Shown here: piece after piece, positions 9,047 through 18,121 of the stretch | Numbering within the stretch: the stretch's first letter is position 1 | Layout: each line of letters begins with the position of its first letter | NCBI GenBank assembly: GCA_038844785.1 | Contig: JAWBRA010000015.1 | Span: forward strand, 1-41,429 | Length of the DNA stretch: 41,429 bases | DNA from: Candidatus Caldarchaeum sp. | GTDB lineage: Archaea > Thermoproteota > Nitrososphaeria_A > Caldarchaeales > Caldarchaeaceae | Direction of reading: 5' to 3' | Position numbers and translations under genes: made by a program | Notes under the pieces: model-generated | Database searches by the model: none | What the model was told of the DNA's origin: nothing | What the model saw: only the letters and a program-made list of their open reading frames with translations

Positions 9047-10060
9047 TTAAGACGTCAGCTCCACCGAGTTAGCGCCTAGAAGAAGAGCCAAGCCTTTAAC
9101 GGCTTCGCTCAAGGCTGTGACGACGTCGCTTCTCAGCCGAACCCGTGCGGCGCCTGCGTGACCGCCTCCATCCCCTTCAAACTTCTTCAGCAAATGTTTC
9201 ACAAGGTCCTCGCCTAGGCTTATTCCAGCGTATTTCTGAAAGTCAGGCGAAGAACGCATCGAGATTACAGCCATGTCGTTCTGCAAGCCTCCGACGAGGG
9301 CTATGTGGGCTCCAGCGTTCACAAGACTCCTCGCTACCGCGGAGAGGTAGGCGTTTACCGTGGTTACCGTGACATACCATTCACCCATCCTGTAGACGGT
9401 TATTCTTTTCAACGCTTTAAGCCGTGCAATCCTCTCAGCTTCCTCCATCTGCGGTTCAAGCATGCCGACCAGCTGCGAAGGAACTATATGGTTTAACAGC
9501 GCCGCAGCCTTTCTGGCAAGCTCAGCATCGGCCACGGAAAGCCTTACCGTGTCGTAGTACATGCCTAGAAAGAGTGGTTCGGCGTATCGTTTATCAATCT
9601 TAAGCCCGAGAAACTCAAGCAGGTCGTAGACTATCTCTGATGTGGCCAGATAGTTTGACGACGATACGGTGATGATGTTTGGTGACTCGCTGTTCTGCAG
9701 ATGATGGTCCACACATATGACCGGCTTGCCGGAGGCTGTAACAATGCTCCGTAGATGGCCTAGCTGGCTTAGCGAGCCGACGTCAACAAGCAGGTAAACA
9801 TCAGGGTTTTCGATGTATTTTTCTCCAAAACTTAGATGGCGCATTATCGCCTTTACGTGCGCTGACTTTTCCTCAGGTATTATGAAACCTACCTCCTCTG
9901 CTTCATAGTTTTCCAATAGAGTTTGTGACAGAACGAATGCGGCGCCCACTGCGTCAGCGTCACCACCCCAGTGGGTCAGGATTTGCGTTCTCTTAAACCT
10001 GCAGTTTTCAGAGATTGTTCTGTGAAGTCTCTTGACAAGCTCAATGTTCCTCATAACCAA
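9047..10060 (-). CDS. DHH/DHHA1 family phosphoesterase
   Basis: H...DADA, VDVGS, DHH and C-terminal GGGHAGAA motifs; usual position after prefoldin beta in the exosome superoperon. Confidence 0.85.
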   Translation of the reverse strand: MVMRNIELVKRLHRTISENCRFKRTQILTHWGGDADAVGAAFVLSQTLLENYEAEEVGFIIPEEKSAHVKAIMRHLSFGEKYIENPDVYLLVDVGSLSQLGHLRSIVTASGKPVICVDHHLQNSESPNIITVSSSNYLATSEIVYDLLEFLGLKIDKRYAEPLFLGMYYDTVRLSVADAELARKAAALLNHIVPSQLVGMLEPQMEEAERIARLKALKRITVYRMGEWYVTVTTVNAYLSAVARSLVNAGAHIALVGGLQNDMAVISMRSSPDFQKYAGISLGEDLVKHLLKKFEGDGGGHAGAARVRLRSDVVTALSEAVKGLALLLGANSVELTS

Positions 10061-10100
10061 GTTAAGATTTTAAACCTGTAGCTTTAAACCCTATCTAGCT

Positions 10101-10472
10101 TCACTCAGTAGACGGCTGTCCCCCAGCCAGCAGTTTCTGAACCTCCTTCTGGAGAGATTCTATCTGGCTTCTAGCCCTAGCCTCCTGCCTTTCCAAAACC
10201 TTCAACCGTGTGTCTGCAAGCTCCCTCCTCTCCGTCAGCTCCGCTACCATTTTCTCCTTCGATGTCTGAATCAGCACCGGGCCCACGGCTTTGTATAGGA
10301 CGGCTCCGTCATCCATCTTTCCAATCTCTTCAAGGGCTGAAGTGACTTCGGATAACTCTGCTTCAAGCCTCTGCTTCTCCGTTAAAAGTACGGCGAGGCT
10401 TTGCTGCAGCTGCTGGAGCCTGAGTATTTGTTGCTGGACGTTGGGGGGGATTTCTCTAGCCGACGTATCCAA
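10101..10472 (-). CDS. pfdB: Prefoldin beta subunit
   Basis: IPPNVQQQ...coiled coil...LYKAVGPVLI; GGAGGTGG SD before TTG at 10472, so shorter than the ORF-track call. Confidence 0.92.
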   Translation of the reverse strand: MDTSAREIPPNVQQQILRLQQLQQSLAVLLTEKQRLEAELSEVTSALEEIGKMDDGAVLYKAVGPVLIQTSKEKMVAELTERRELADTRLKVLERQEARARSQIESLQKEVQKLLAGGQPSTE

Positions 10473-10710
10473 CCACCTCCATAGTTCTGTAGGATGTGTC
10501 AAGCAAACGTATCAAAGTGTTGGCCGCAGCCCTGGCCGCCACAATGTCTTTGGAAAGAATCCGTCCAATCAACCCTTCTTCACCAACCTTCAAATCCATG
10601 TTTGAACGCTCCTCTTTCATCGTCAAAACCTCAGGCATGAGGCTTTTAACCATTACTAAAGCCAGGCTTTCAGGCAGGTAGATTTTAAACTCAATAGATA
10701 CTTTCGCCAA
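10456..10710 (-). CDS. pcc1: KEOPS complex subunit Pcc1
   Basis: ~84 aa, KSLMPE...I.SKDIVAARAAANTLIRLL resembles the Pcc1 pattern; synteny with pfdB; GGTGA before TTG at 10710. Confidence 0.8.
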   Translation of the reverse strand: MAKVSIEFKIYLPESLALVMVKSLMPEVLTMKEERSNMDLKVGEEGLIGRILSKDIVAARAAANTLIRLLDTSYRTMEVVGYVG

Positions 10711-10712
10711 TT

Positions 10713-10940
10713 TCACCTTTCCGCCTTCGGCGTGTAGGCCTGTCCGGCGAACTTGAAGCCGCATCTCCTGCACTGCCAGACGCCTACAGAAACCCTGCGA
10801 ACTTTCTTGGCTCCGCATCGGTCGCAGACATAAGTCTCTCTCGCAGAGCTAACTACCTCAGCCCATTTCTTTCTGAGAGTTGAGCCGTAACGTGGTCCAA
10901 GACCCTTCGCGACGCTGTGTTTTTCACCGACCATTGCCAA
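10713..10940 (-). CDS. rpl37ae: 50S ribosomal protein L37ae (eL43)
   Basis: GPRYGSTLRK, CDRC...VRRVSVGVWQCRRC...FAGQAYTP; start is TTG 10940 or ATG 10934. Confidence 0.95.
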   Translation of the reverse strand: MAMVGEKHSVAKGLGPRYGSTLRKKWAEVVSSARETYVCDRCGAKKVRRVSVGVWQCRRCGFKFAGQAYTPKAER

Positions 10941-11754
10941 CAGCCTCCAGCAGTTTGCTACGGATTTCCTGCGATTTAACTAGGCTCAATTTTATCATCT
11001 CCCTGAGCATCGGGACAGGTAATAAACCTGGCGAGCTCTTTTGAATTGCTGCAACCACGTTATCCGAATCGACGCCAATGGTGACTATGGTATCGGCTAT
11101 CTCCTCCTCGGCGGGCAGCGGGTCTACGACCACTCTGTCCCGTATCAACCCCATGGTAACGCTTACAGGTATTGTTCTGAGCGGTATCTTTGTCCGCTCG
11201 TTTGGAACCAGCTCAAGACGTCCGTCCAAAACCCTGTAAACGGGGAGGGTGCCGCTCATGAGCGCAGCCATCGACGAGAGAACGGCGGCGTCGAAGTAGT
11301 TTCCATCATAGTCGAGAACGTAACAGTCTATGTAGAGGATGTAGACCTTCTGCCCCTCTGTTAACACAAGCTTTTCAAGCTCTATGGCACGGCTCTCTCT
11401 AATACATCTGTCCACTATCCTGGCCAGCTCTATGGCTCTTTCGTCAGGAGGTCCTGGCTCGAAGCTTTTTGACGCGAGGGGGAGAAGCTCAGCGTTTACT
11501 GTGAAAACGCCTTCGTCAGGCCTGTCGGGGTAGGGGCTTCCTACCTCGACCTTGATTCCCGTAAGTATCTTTGTTTTACCCAGTGATACTAGAGCGGAGC
11601 CGTCGGCCTTGTCCACAACGTTGGTCACTATCTTTATCTCCCTCACCTGGTCAAGAGACCTCTCATCTATTCTCTTACCTATCTTCAACAGGTCGTAGAC
11701 TTTGTTCTTCATTATTTTTATGGCATATCCCCTTTTCTCCAGCCCCAAGCTCAT
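10924..11754 (-). CDS. rrp42: Exosome complex component Rrp42
   Basis: RNase PH fold: [36 protein letters not shown]. Confidence 0.95.
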   Translation of the reverse strand: MSLGLEKRGYAIKIMKNKVYDLLKIGKRIDERSLDQVREIKIVTNVVDKADGSALVSLGKTKILTGIKVEVGSPYPDRPDEGVFTVNAELLPLASKSFEPGPPDERAIELARIVDRCIRESRAIELEKLVLTEGQKVYILYIDCYVLDYDGNYFDAAVLSSMAALMSGTLPVYRVLDGRLELVPNERTKIPLRTIPVSVTMGLIRDRVVVDPLPAEEEIADTIVTIGVDSDNVVAAIQKSSPGLLPVPMLREMIKLSLVKSQEIRSKLLEAVGNGR

Positions 11755-12491
11755 GTCTCCAACCCCTCGGGTTCAACCCTGTATCTGTGCTTCAGCGCCT
11801 CAACCTGCATTGCCTGAATTTTTTTGATCGCGTTCTGAGCCATCTGAAGTCCTTTCTCTATCTCCTCAGACGTCATTCTTCCGTTGAGCTGGAGCAGCAC
11901 GATCGAGTCTAGCTGCGGGGCTATGGCTACAGGCATGTCTGCCTCACCGTACTTGTCCTCCAGCTCGTTGATGTCCAGGACAAGCGTGCCATCAACCTTG
12001 CCGACGGCCGTTGCTGCTATCATGTCAGCCATGGGTATTCCGGCGTCGGCCAAGGCCAGTGAGGCTGCGGTTATTCCAGCCGTTCTCGTTCCGCCGTCGG
12101 CCTGAATAACTTCGATGAAGATGTCCACCATCATCCTGGGAAACTCCTCCAAAAACACTACCGTCTCCAATGCCTCACGCAAAACCTTCGAAAGCTCGAT
12201 TTCTCTACGTGTCATTCCTAGAGGTTTTCTCTCATCCACGCTGAAGGAAGCCATGTGATACCTGCAGTTCAGGATACCACGGTCTGGGAGCTCTAGATGT
12301 TTTGGATGAACCTCCTTGGGCCCCAGTACTCCGGCGTATATCCTTGTCCCCCCAACCTCGATGTATGCGGAGCCGTCTGTTTTTTCCAGAACACCGACCT
12401 CCATCCTTATTTTACGCAGCTCGTCAGGCCTTCTGCCGTCAACCCTTAAACCGTTTTCGTCGATGAGCTTAGGCTTGGCCACTTCCGCCAC
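11751..12491 (-). CDS. rrp41: Exosome complex exonuclease Rrp41
   Basis: [25 protein letters not shown] and [10 protein letters not shown] motifs. Confidence 0.96.
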   Translation of the reverse strand: MAEVAKPKLIDENGLRVDGRRPDELRKIRMEVGVLEKTDGSAYIEVGGTRIYAGVLGPKEVHPKHLELPDRGILNCRYHMASFSVDERKPLGMTRREIELSKVLREALETVVFLEEFPRMMVDIFIEVIQADGGTRTAGITAASLALADAGIPMADMIAATAVGKVDGTLVLDINELEDKYGEADMPVAIAPQLDSIVLLQLNGRMTSEEIEKGLQMAQNAIKKIQAMQVEALKHRYRVEPEGLET

Positions 12492-13134
12492 CTTTAAGCC
12501 TCCGAAGAAGCTGGACTACCCTTTCAGTCAACCCAGGTATGTGGGCCTCTCTCTCTATCAAGTTTATCGCGGATACCGCTGCAAACTCGCTGGCGGGGTC
12601 TGGGCCGTTGACTACAATCAACCCGTTCCTTCCAACCCAGAAGTCGCATCCCGATTCTTTTCTCAAGATCTGAACCATCGAGCCTTTTCTCCCTATCAGC
12701 CTCGGAACCTTAGCCGGGTTTATTGATACAAGCAGGCCCGAGGGTATTTTTTGAAGACCTTCGTTGGACAGGACCGTACCTCTTATCCCTGTTGTCTTGA
12801 CCTCGGCGTATATGCAGTCGCCGATGTCTATCTTCAGGGGTGTTGATTCTCTCTCCGAAAGTTTTATGACGGCCGTTAGCTCTCCGCTTATGTCAACTTC
12901 AACAGCGTTTGGTTTTATGTCTGAAATGATGCCGACTATTTTGTCGCCTCGCTGAGGTTTGTATCTTCCGCTAACGGGAATTATTCTGATGACGCCGTCA
13001 ACTATCCGCGGCAATCCTGTTGTCGACGCATATATCTTCCCATCTCTCACGTATGTCCCAAACCCTCCTTTACGGCCGTTATCTGCCAGCAGCTGCCCTG
13101 GAATGACCAGCTCGTTTTCAGTGAAGTAAATCAT
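12469..13134 (-). CDS. rrp4: Exosome RNA-binding protein Rrp4
   Basis: VIPGQ N-terminus, S1 domain (Y.P..GD.IVG) and KH domain ([14 protein letters not shown]). Confidence 0.92.
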   Translation of the reverse strand: MIYFTENELVIPGQLLADNGRKGGFGTYVRDGKIYASTTGLPRIVDGVIRIIPVSGRYKPQRGDKIVGIISDIKPNAVEVDISGELTAVIKLSERESTPLKIDIGDCIYAEVKTTGIRGTVLSNEGLQKIPSGLLVSINPAKVPRLIGRKGSMVQILRKESGCDFWVGRNGLIVVNGPDPASEFAAVSAINLIEREAHIPGLTERVVQLLRRLKGGGSGQA

Positions 13135-13833
13135 CTAGCTCACCGGCTTGATCTCGACTCTTCCTCCGCATATCTTGTTCAACCTGTCCACCAAGTCGGC
13201 GTGTAGGCCGGTGGGGACTTCGGCCACACATCTCCAGCTCCCGTCACCAAGCCAGCTCTCCTCCAAGATGTTTCCCATGTTCCTGATCAAGCCGTATACC
13301 TTGCCTGCAAACTCTCCTGAAACCCTTATCTCAACCTTCATGCTGCCTATCTTGAGCGGGAGAATCTTCCTCAGCTTTTCCACCGCCTTCATCGCCTCTT
13401 GCTTGGCGTCGGCGAAAGGCTCGATGGATAAACCCACCTGTTCAAGGGCTAGCTCAATCCTCTGAGGTGGATGCGGTGTGTTTGTCCGAGGGTCTATCGC
13501 GTTCCGGGCTATGAAGTCGATTATTTGCCTCTTCTTCTCCTCTATAAGCCTCCGTCTTTGCTCAGCGGTGATCAACACCTCGCCTTCAGAGATTATTTTC
13601 TCAGCTATCGCTTTAATGTCTGATACCCCGAAAGCCTTCTTCAGATCGGCTTCCGAAGCCCTCACCCCTTTCTTCCAGTCCTTGAAAACCTCCTCGTAGA
13701 CCAGCATTTTTGACACAGGGATTTTTTCGCCTAGCTTGTATTTGAGAGCCATATCTGGGTCCACGAGGATTTCGTATGTTGTGTCTCCTCTTCCTAGCCG
13801 GGCTATTGTGTAGGTTTCCTTCGGCTTCGGCAT
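13135..13833 (-). CDS. sdo1: Ribosome maturation factor SBDS/Sdo1
   Basis: EILVDP, VFKD..KG, TAEQRR and IDPRTNTPHPPQRIE motifs. Confidence 0.95.
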   Translation of the reverse strand: MPKPKETYTIARLGRGDTTYEILVDPDMALKYKLGEKIPVSKMLVYEEVFKDWKKGVRASEADLKKAFGVSDIKAIAEKIISEGEVLITAEQRRRLIEEKKRQIIDFIARNAIDPRTNTPHPPQRIELALEQVGLSIEPFADAKQEAMKAVEKLRKILPLKIGSMKVEIRVSGEFAGKVYGLIRNMGNILEESWLGDGSWRCVAEVPTGLHADLVDRLNKICGGRVEIKPVS

Positions 13834-13845
13834 TGTCTAACTCAA

Positions 13846-14580
13846 CTACTGTTTTTTAGATTTCAGAAGCTCCGCCAGAAGTGGCTGAAGCTCTGTTTGA
13901 GGGGTCATTGTATACTTTCTCGTGGTGGTCGGTATTGTAGCAACCCTGACCGTCCACCCCTCCTCGATTTTATCAACAGAGTCTACCAACGACTTCAACG
14001 CCATTTCAACGCCCTGCCTAAGGTTGAGCTTCTTGCTGTAGTTGTTCTCGAAGATTTCACGGACTTTCTCAGCACCCCTGCCTATGGCCCAAGCGTTGTA
14101 CTCCAACACGAGTCCGCTGGGTTCCACGTAGAAGAGCCTAGGGCCGGTTTTGTCTACGCCGCCTATGAGCAACGCTGTCCCGAAAGGCCTTACGCCGGCG
14201 TGCTGGGTGTATATCTGCATTATGTCCCCCACCCTTCTTGCGACAGCTTCAATCAAAGGTTCCTCGTCGTAAGACAGCCTGAGCGTCTGCGAGTAGATCC
14301 GAGCGTTGTCAACCAGCACTCGTGCATCCGAGTTAAGACCGGCTGTCGCCGCACCGATATGCTCGTCGATTTGGAAGATTTTCCATGAAAAATCTGGGCT
14401 CTGAAGCTTTGTGTGCATCCTCTCCTCGACAGCCAGCACAACCCCTTCCTCAACCGTCAAAGAAAGGGCTGTTGAACCCGACCTGACGGTCTCTAACGCA
14501 TACTCCACTTGGTATAGCCTTCCCTGCGGTGAGAAAACAGTTATCGCCCTGTCATACGCCCCCGTTATGCCCAAAGCCAT
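13846..14580 (-). CDS. psmA: Proteasome subunit alpha
   Basis: YDRAITVFSPQGRLYQVEYA, GVRPFG and EPSG motifs. Confidence 0.97.
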   Translation of the reverse strand: MALGITGAYDRAITVFSPQGRLYQVEYALETVRSGSTALSLTVEEGVVLAVEERMHTKLQSPDFSWKIFQIDEHIGAATAGLNSDARVLVDNARIYSQTLRLSYDEEPLIEAVARRVGDIMQIYTQHAGVRPFGTALLIGGVDKTGPRLFYVEPSGLVLEYNAWAIGRGAEKVREIFENNYSKKLNLRQGVEMALKSLVDSVDKIEEGWTVRVATIPTTTRKYTMTPQTELQPLLAELLKSKKQ

Positions 14581-14682
14581 TACTCAACACACCTGTAGAT
14601 TGACAGATAGCGGGGATTAAATAAAGTTAGCGGATTGGTCTGAAACCCGTTCAAACATATATATGACGGGGAAGGCAACCAC

Positions 14683-14895
14683 TTGAAAAAGATGCCGTAC
14701 TGCCTCGAATGCGGCAACAGGCTCGTCTACGACAGGGAGACGAGGACGTATGTCTGTTCAGCGTGTGGGTTCACGTATACATCCCAAGACCTTTTGGTTG
14801 AGAGGGAGAAAAGGTTCAACAGCAAGTTTGAGGAGGATAGAAAGAAGAGAAGGAGGGAGGAGTATCTAGAGTGGTGGCTGAGCTCTAAGAGCTGA
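14683..14895 (+). CDS. Small Zn-ribbon protein of unknown function
   Basis: CLECG...YVCSACG plus a charged helix ending EEYLEWWLS; TATA-like ATATATAT upstream; start is TTG 14683 or ATG 14692. Confidence 0.7.
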   Translation: MKKMPYCLECGNRLVYDRETRTYVCSACGFTYTSQDLLVEREKRFNSKFEEDRKKRRREEYLEWWLSSKS

Positions 14896-16195
14896 GAAGT
14901 CTCTCGAAAGCATATGCTATTCTCAGTAGTTTGACGTCTTCGAAAATGTCGCCTACTAGCTGCAGTCCTGTGGGAAGGCCGTTTTTCGTATACCCGTTGG
15001 GTATGCTTACAGCGGGCACGCCGTAAACGTTGAACAACTCCGTGTTTCTAAGGGTAGCCGTTCTGACGTCGAAAAGCTTTCCACCAACATCGACATGTTC
15101 TTCTTCGAGCCTGTGGGCCGGTATTATTGTAGTGGGGACAGCCAGCACATCGCATTGCTTAAAGATCTTCCTAAACCTATCCCTCAAAATTTTACACGCC
15201 CTCAAAGCGTTCAAATAAACAGAGGCGGGGATTGCCAGACCGCTGGCTATACGCTGTCTCACCTCGTCACCATACAAGTCCATTCTACCACCACAGAGTT
15301 TGAGATGGTAGGCAGCCGCCTCAGAGTGGACTATTATAAAACGGCATCTGGCAGCCGTCTCAGGCTTCTCTACAACCACTTTCACGACATCGCAGCCGCT
15401 GCCCCCAGCCTTTTCAACAGATTTTTCAAAGTTCCTCCTCACGTCGTCGTCGAGGTACTCGAGAAAGAAGTTTGCCGGAACACCTATCTTTAAACCCTTC
15501 AGCCCGGCAGGCTTTATGGACAAAGGTTTTTTGAAGCTGTCTGACAAAACCGATGTGAGCAATGCCGCATCCCATACAGTTCGGCAGATTACTCCGACGT
15601 GGTCGAGAGACCAGCTTAAAGGTATCGTACCCTCTGTGCTTATCAGGCCTTGGGAGGGTTTGAAGCCTACGAGGCCGCAAAAGGAAGCGGGAATCCTTAC
15701 GGAGCCAGCCGTGTCCGTTCCAAGCGCGGCGTCGCACATGCCTAAAGCCACAGCGACAGCCGAGCCTCCGCTAGAGCCTCCGGAAACACGGCCTGCGTCG
15801 AAAGGGTTTAGACAGTCACCGTAGTGAGGGTTCCTGTTTGTCACTCCGAAGGCGAATTCATGAAGGTTCGTCTTACCGTTCACAACACCGCCACTTTGTA
15901 AAATTCTTTTAACAGCGTAGGCGGTTGTTTTGGAAATTTTTCCATTAAGCAGCTTTGAGCCCGCCGTCGTCGGATAACCTTCTATGTGAAAAATATCTTT
16001 GACAGCTATGATTGCTCCCTTCAATGTTTTACTGAGAAAGCCCTTTAGGGCTAACGGTTTTTCGAACACAGTTATGTAGGCGTGATACTTATCATTATGT
16101 AACTTGATCCTTCTGGTCTGATTTGTCCATCGTTCGCCGAAACTACGCTTAACACGGCCGTACACCAGGTCTCGCAGCGTGTAGCTGTAAGCCAT
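14885..16195 (-). CDS. Amidase signature family protein (GatA/AtzE-like)
   Basis: IAVKD (Lys), GKTNLHEFAFG, GGSSGGS and GTDTAGSVRIPAS (Ser-cisSer-Lys triad). Start placed at ATG 16195, just after the upstream small ORF. Confidence 0.9.
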   Translation of the reverse strand: MAYSYTLRDLVYGRVKRSFGERWTNQTRRIKLHNDKYHAYITVFEKPLALKGFLSKTLKGAIIAVKDIFHIEGYPTTAGSKLLNGKISKTTAYAVKRILQSGGVVNGKTNLHEFAFGVTNRNPHYGDCLNPFDAGRVSGGSSGGSAVAVALGMCDAALGTDTAGSVRIPASFCGLVGFKPSQGLISTEGTIPLSWSLDHVGVICRTVWDAALLTSVLSDSFKKPLSIKPAGLKGLKIGVPANFFLEYLDDDVRRNFEKSVEKAGGSGCDVVKVVVEKPETAARCRFIIVHSEAAAYHLKLCGGRMDLYGDEVRQRIASGLAIPASVYLNALRACKILRDRFRKIFKQCDVLAVPTTIIPAHRLEEEHVDVGGKLFDVRTATLRNTELFNVYGVPAVSIPNGYTKNGLPTGLQLVGDIFEDVKLLRIAYAFERLLSS

Positions 16196-16196
16196 G

Positions 16197-16340
16197 TCAG
16201 AAGGGTGGTGTTTCATCCTCCACCAGCTCCAAGAATTCTTTCACCGACTCAACAGATTTCGTTGCCGTTTGCTCCAGCGTTGTTAAAACCCTTTCGTCGA
16301 GTCCCGTATGTTCAAGAAGCTTTCTAAGATATCCTTCCAT
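16197..16340 (-). CDS. 47-aa protein abutting the amidase (AtzG/GatC-like small-subunit candidate)
   Basis: MEGYLRKLLEHTGLDERVLTTLEQTATKSVESVKEFLELVEDETPPF*; stop is separated from the amidase ATG by 1 nt (TGAcATG). Confidence 0.6.
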   Translation of the reverse strand: MEGYLRKLLEHTGLDERVLTTLEQTATKSVESVKEFLELVEDETPPF

Positions 16341-16434
16341 GGAGAAAGGTTCCTCATCGCCTGTATATTTGCGCTATTATGCGGCAAAGTCTAAATACCG
16401 TCTTACATGAAGATTTTGAGGAGTTCGGTACTGA

Positions 16435-17208
16435 GTGAAACTAACTATGAACGTAGTCTACGTTGTCGGTACGGCTGGTTCGGGAAAGTCTTCCCTCACC
16501 GGAGTGTTCAGCGAGTGGTTAAGAGACCATGAACAGTTGACTGCTACAGTAAACCTTGACCCAGCAGCTATCTCCCTACCGTACGAGCCTGATGTCGACG
16601 TTAGGGAGATAGTTGACTACGAGAGGATTATGGCTTCACGTAACCTAGGCCCCAACGGCGCCCTCATCGCTTCAGTAAGAGAAGCCGCTAGAAACATAGA
16701 GGAGCTTGCAGCCGCAGTCGATGAAACAAAGGCCGACTGGCTCATAGTCGACACACCCGGCCAGCTTGAGTTGTTTGCATTCAGAAAGGAGGGGAGGATA
16801 ATTTCCAGAAAGCTGTGTGAAGGGAAAAAGCTTCTGCTCTTTCTCATGGATGCCGTCATATGTTCCCATCCCAGAAACTACGCCGCCTCGCTTTTCTTGT
16901 CGGCTTCTACCGTCGTGTCACTTGCCCTTCCAGCAGTTAACGTGCTAAGCAAATGTGACGCTGTTCCTGCAAGATATCTAACTAGAATTTTGAGCTGGCA
17001 TGAGTCCAGCGAAGCTTTTGAGGTAACAGCGGCGAGCTCCATGAACGAGTTGCAGAAGATGCTTTCACGTGAAATCGTCCAAAGTGTGTGGGATATATCT
17101 AACATCATTCCTTTGATACCTGTTTCCTCTAAAACCCTTGAGGGCTTCACAGAGCTGTACGGCAACCTAACACGTATTCACGGCGAGGGGGAGATGGAGC
17201 TGAGATGA
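16435..17208 (+). CDS. GPN-loop GTPase
   Basis: GTAGSGKS, NLDP, LGPNG, DTPGQLE and LSKCD motifs. Confidence 0.93.
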   Translation: MKLTMNVVYVVGTAGSGKSSLTGVFSEWLRDHEQLTATVNLDPAAISLPYEPDVDVREIVDYERIMASRNLGPNGALIASVREAARNIEELAAAVDETKADWLIVDTPGQLELFAFRKEGRIISRKLCEGKKLLLFLMDAVICSHPRNYAASLFLSASTVVSLALPAVNVLSKCDAVPARYLTRILSWHESSEAFEVTAASSMNELQKMLSREIVQSVWDISNIIPLIPVSSKTLEGFTELYGNLTRIHGEGEMELR

Positions 17209-18116
17209 CAGAAGACAACGTTTCAGCAGTCGAGGAAGAGATTTTCCAAATAAGGTCTAGGCTGGCGGAGCTGAGGAAGAAGAAGGCAGAATACGAGGAG
17301 GAGGCTGCAAAACATTTAGAAAAGAGGGATAAAGTGCATGAAAGAATAAAGGAGATAAAACAGAAAAACGCCTCCTATCTTGAAAAAATCTCAAGCCTAA
17401 GGAACGAAATAGCGGAGCTTAGAGCGAAGCTAGATGAAGTGGTGAATAAGATTAAGGAGTTAAGGAACGAGAAGGATAAGCTGCTGTCCCAACACGTAGC
17501 CGACAACGTGAAAGGATACACAGCCCAGGAGATAATTAGACGGATGAGAGATCTTGAAGACAGGATACAGACTGATATACTACGGCCTGAGGAGGAAAGA
17601 AGGATATATGAAGAACTTAAAAACCTTTCAAGCCTTCTCGCTGAAGTGCAGAAAAGGGAGGGTATCGCAGAGAAGCTCAGAGAGTTGAACAACCAGATAA
17701 CGCCTTTGGCTGAGGAGGCGAAAAAACTCAGAGACGCGATACGTATGAAAAGGGAGGAGCTTGATATAGCGCGCGAGGCATATCAATCTGTTAGAGACCT
17801 GATACAGCAGCTGAAGCCCGAGGCCGACTCTCATCACCAAGCATACATCGAAGCCAAGAAGAAAGCACAGATGGCTGAGGCGGATGAAATTTTACTTGTT
17901 TCAAGGATTGTAGAGCTCCAAGAGTATGTTAAGAAACATAGGGAGATCGAGATTAGGGCAAGGGAGTTTGCCATGAAGGAGAAGGTTAAATCCCGTGCTC
18001 TTGAAAAGCTTTCTATTGGGGAGAAGCTATCGTTTGACGAGATGAAAGTTTTGATGGAGGATGAGGATGCTTGGGAAGTATTGATGAAAAGGTATAACAC
18101 CGAGTCAAAGCGCTGA
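17205..18116 (+). CDS. Archaeal coiled-coil protein (COG1340-like)
   Basis: Heptad-rich E/K/R sequence with IQT..L..EEERR and C-terminal GEKLSFDE; ATGA overlap with the GPN GTPase. Confidence 0.75.
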   Translation: MTEDNVSAVEEEIFQIRSRLAELRKKKAEYEEEAAKHLEKRDKVHERIKEIKQKNASYLEKISSLRNEIAELRAKLDEVVNKIKELRNEKDKLLSQHVADNVKGYTAQEIIRRMRDLEDRIQTDILRPEEERRIYEELKNLSSLLAEVQKREGIAEKLRELNNQITPLAEEAKKLRDAIRMKREELDIAREAYQSVRDLIQQLKPEADSHHQAYIEAKKKAQMAEADEILLVSRIVELQEYVKKHREIEIRAREFAMKEKVKSRALEKLSIGEKLSFDEMKVLMEDEDAWEVLMKRYNTESKR

Positions 18117-18121
18117 ACTCT

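Noticed and set aside
14885-16195. Calling the amidase gatA
   Set aside because: No gatB is adjacent, the HEFAFG motif is more typical of non-GatA amidases, and asnS is present; left at family level.
16407-16450. Second box C/D sRNA (ATGAAGA...CTGA) upstream of the GPN GTPase
   Set aside because: No convincing C'/D pair or terminal stem, it overlaps the CDS start, and I recognised no clear rRNA target.
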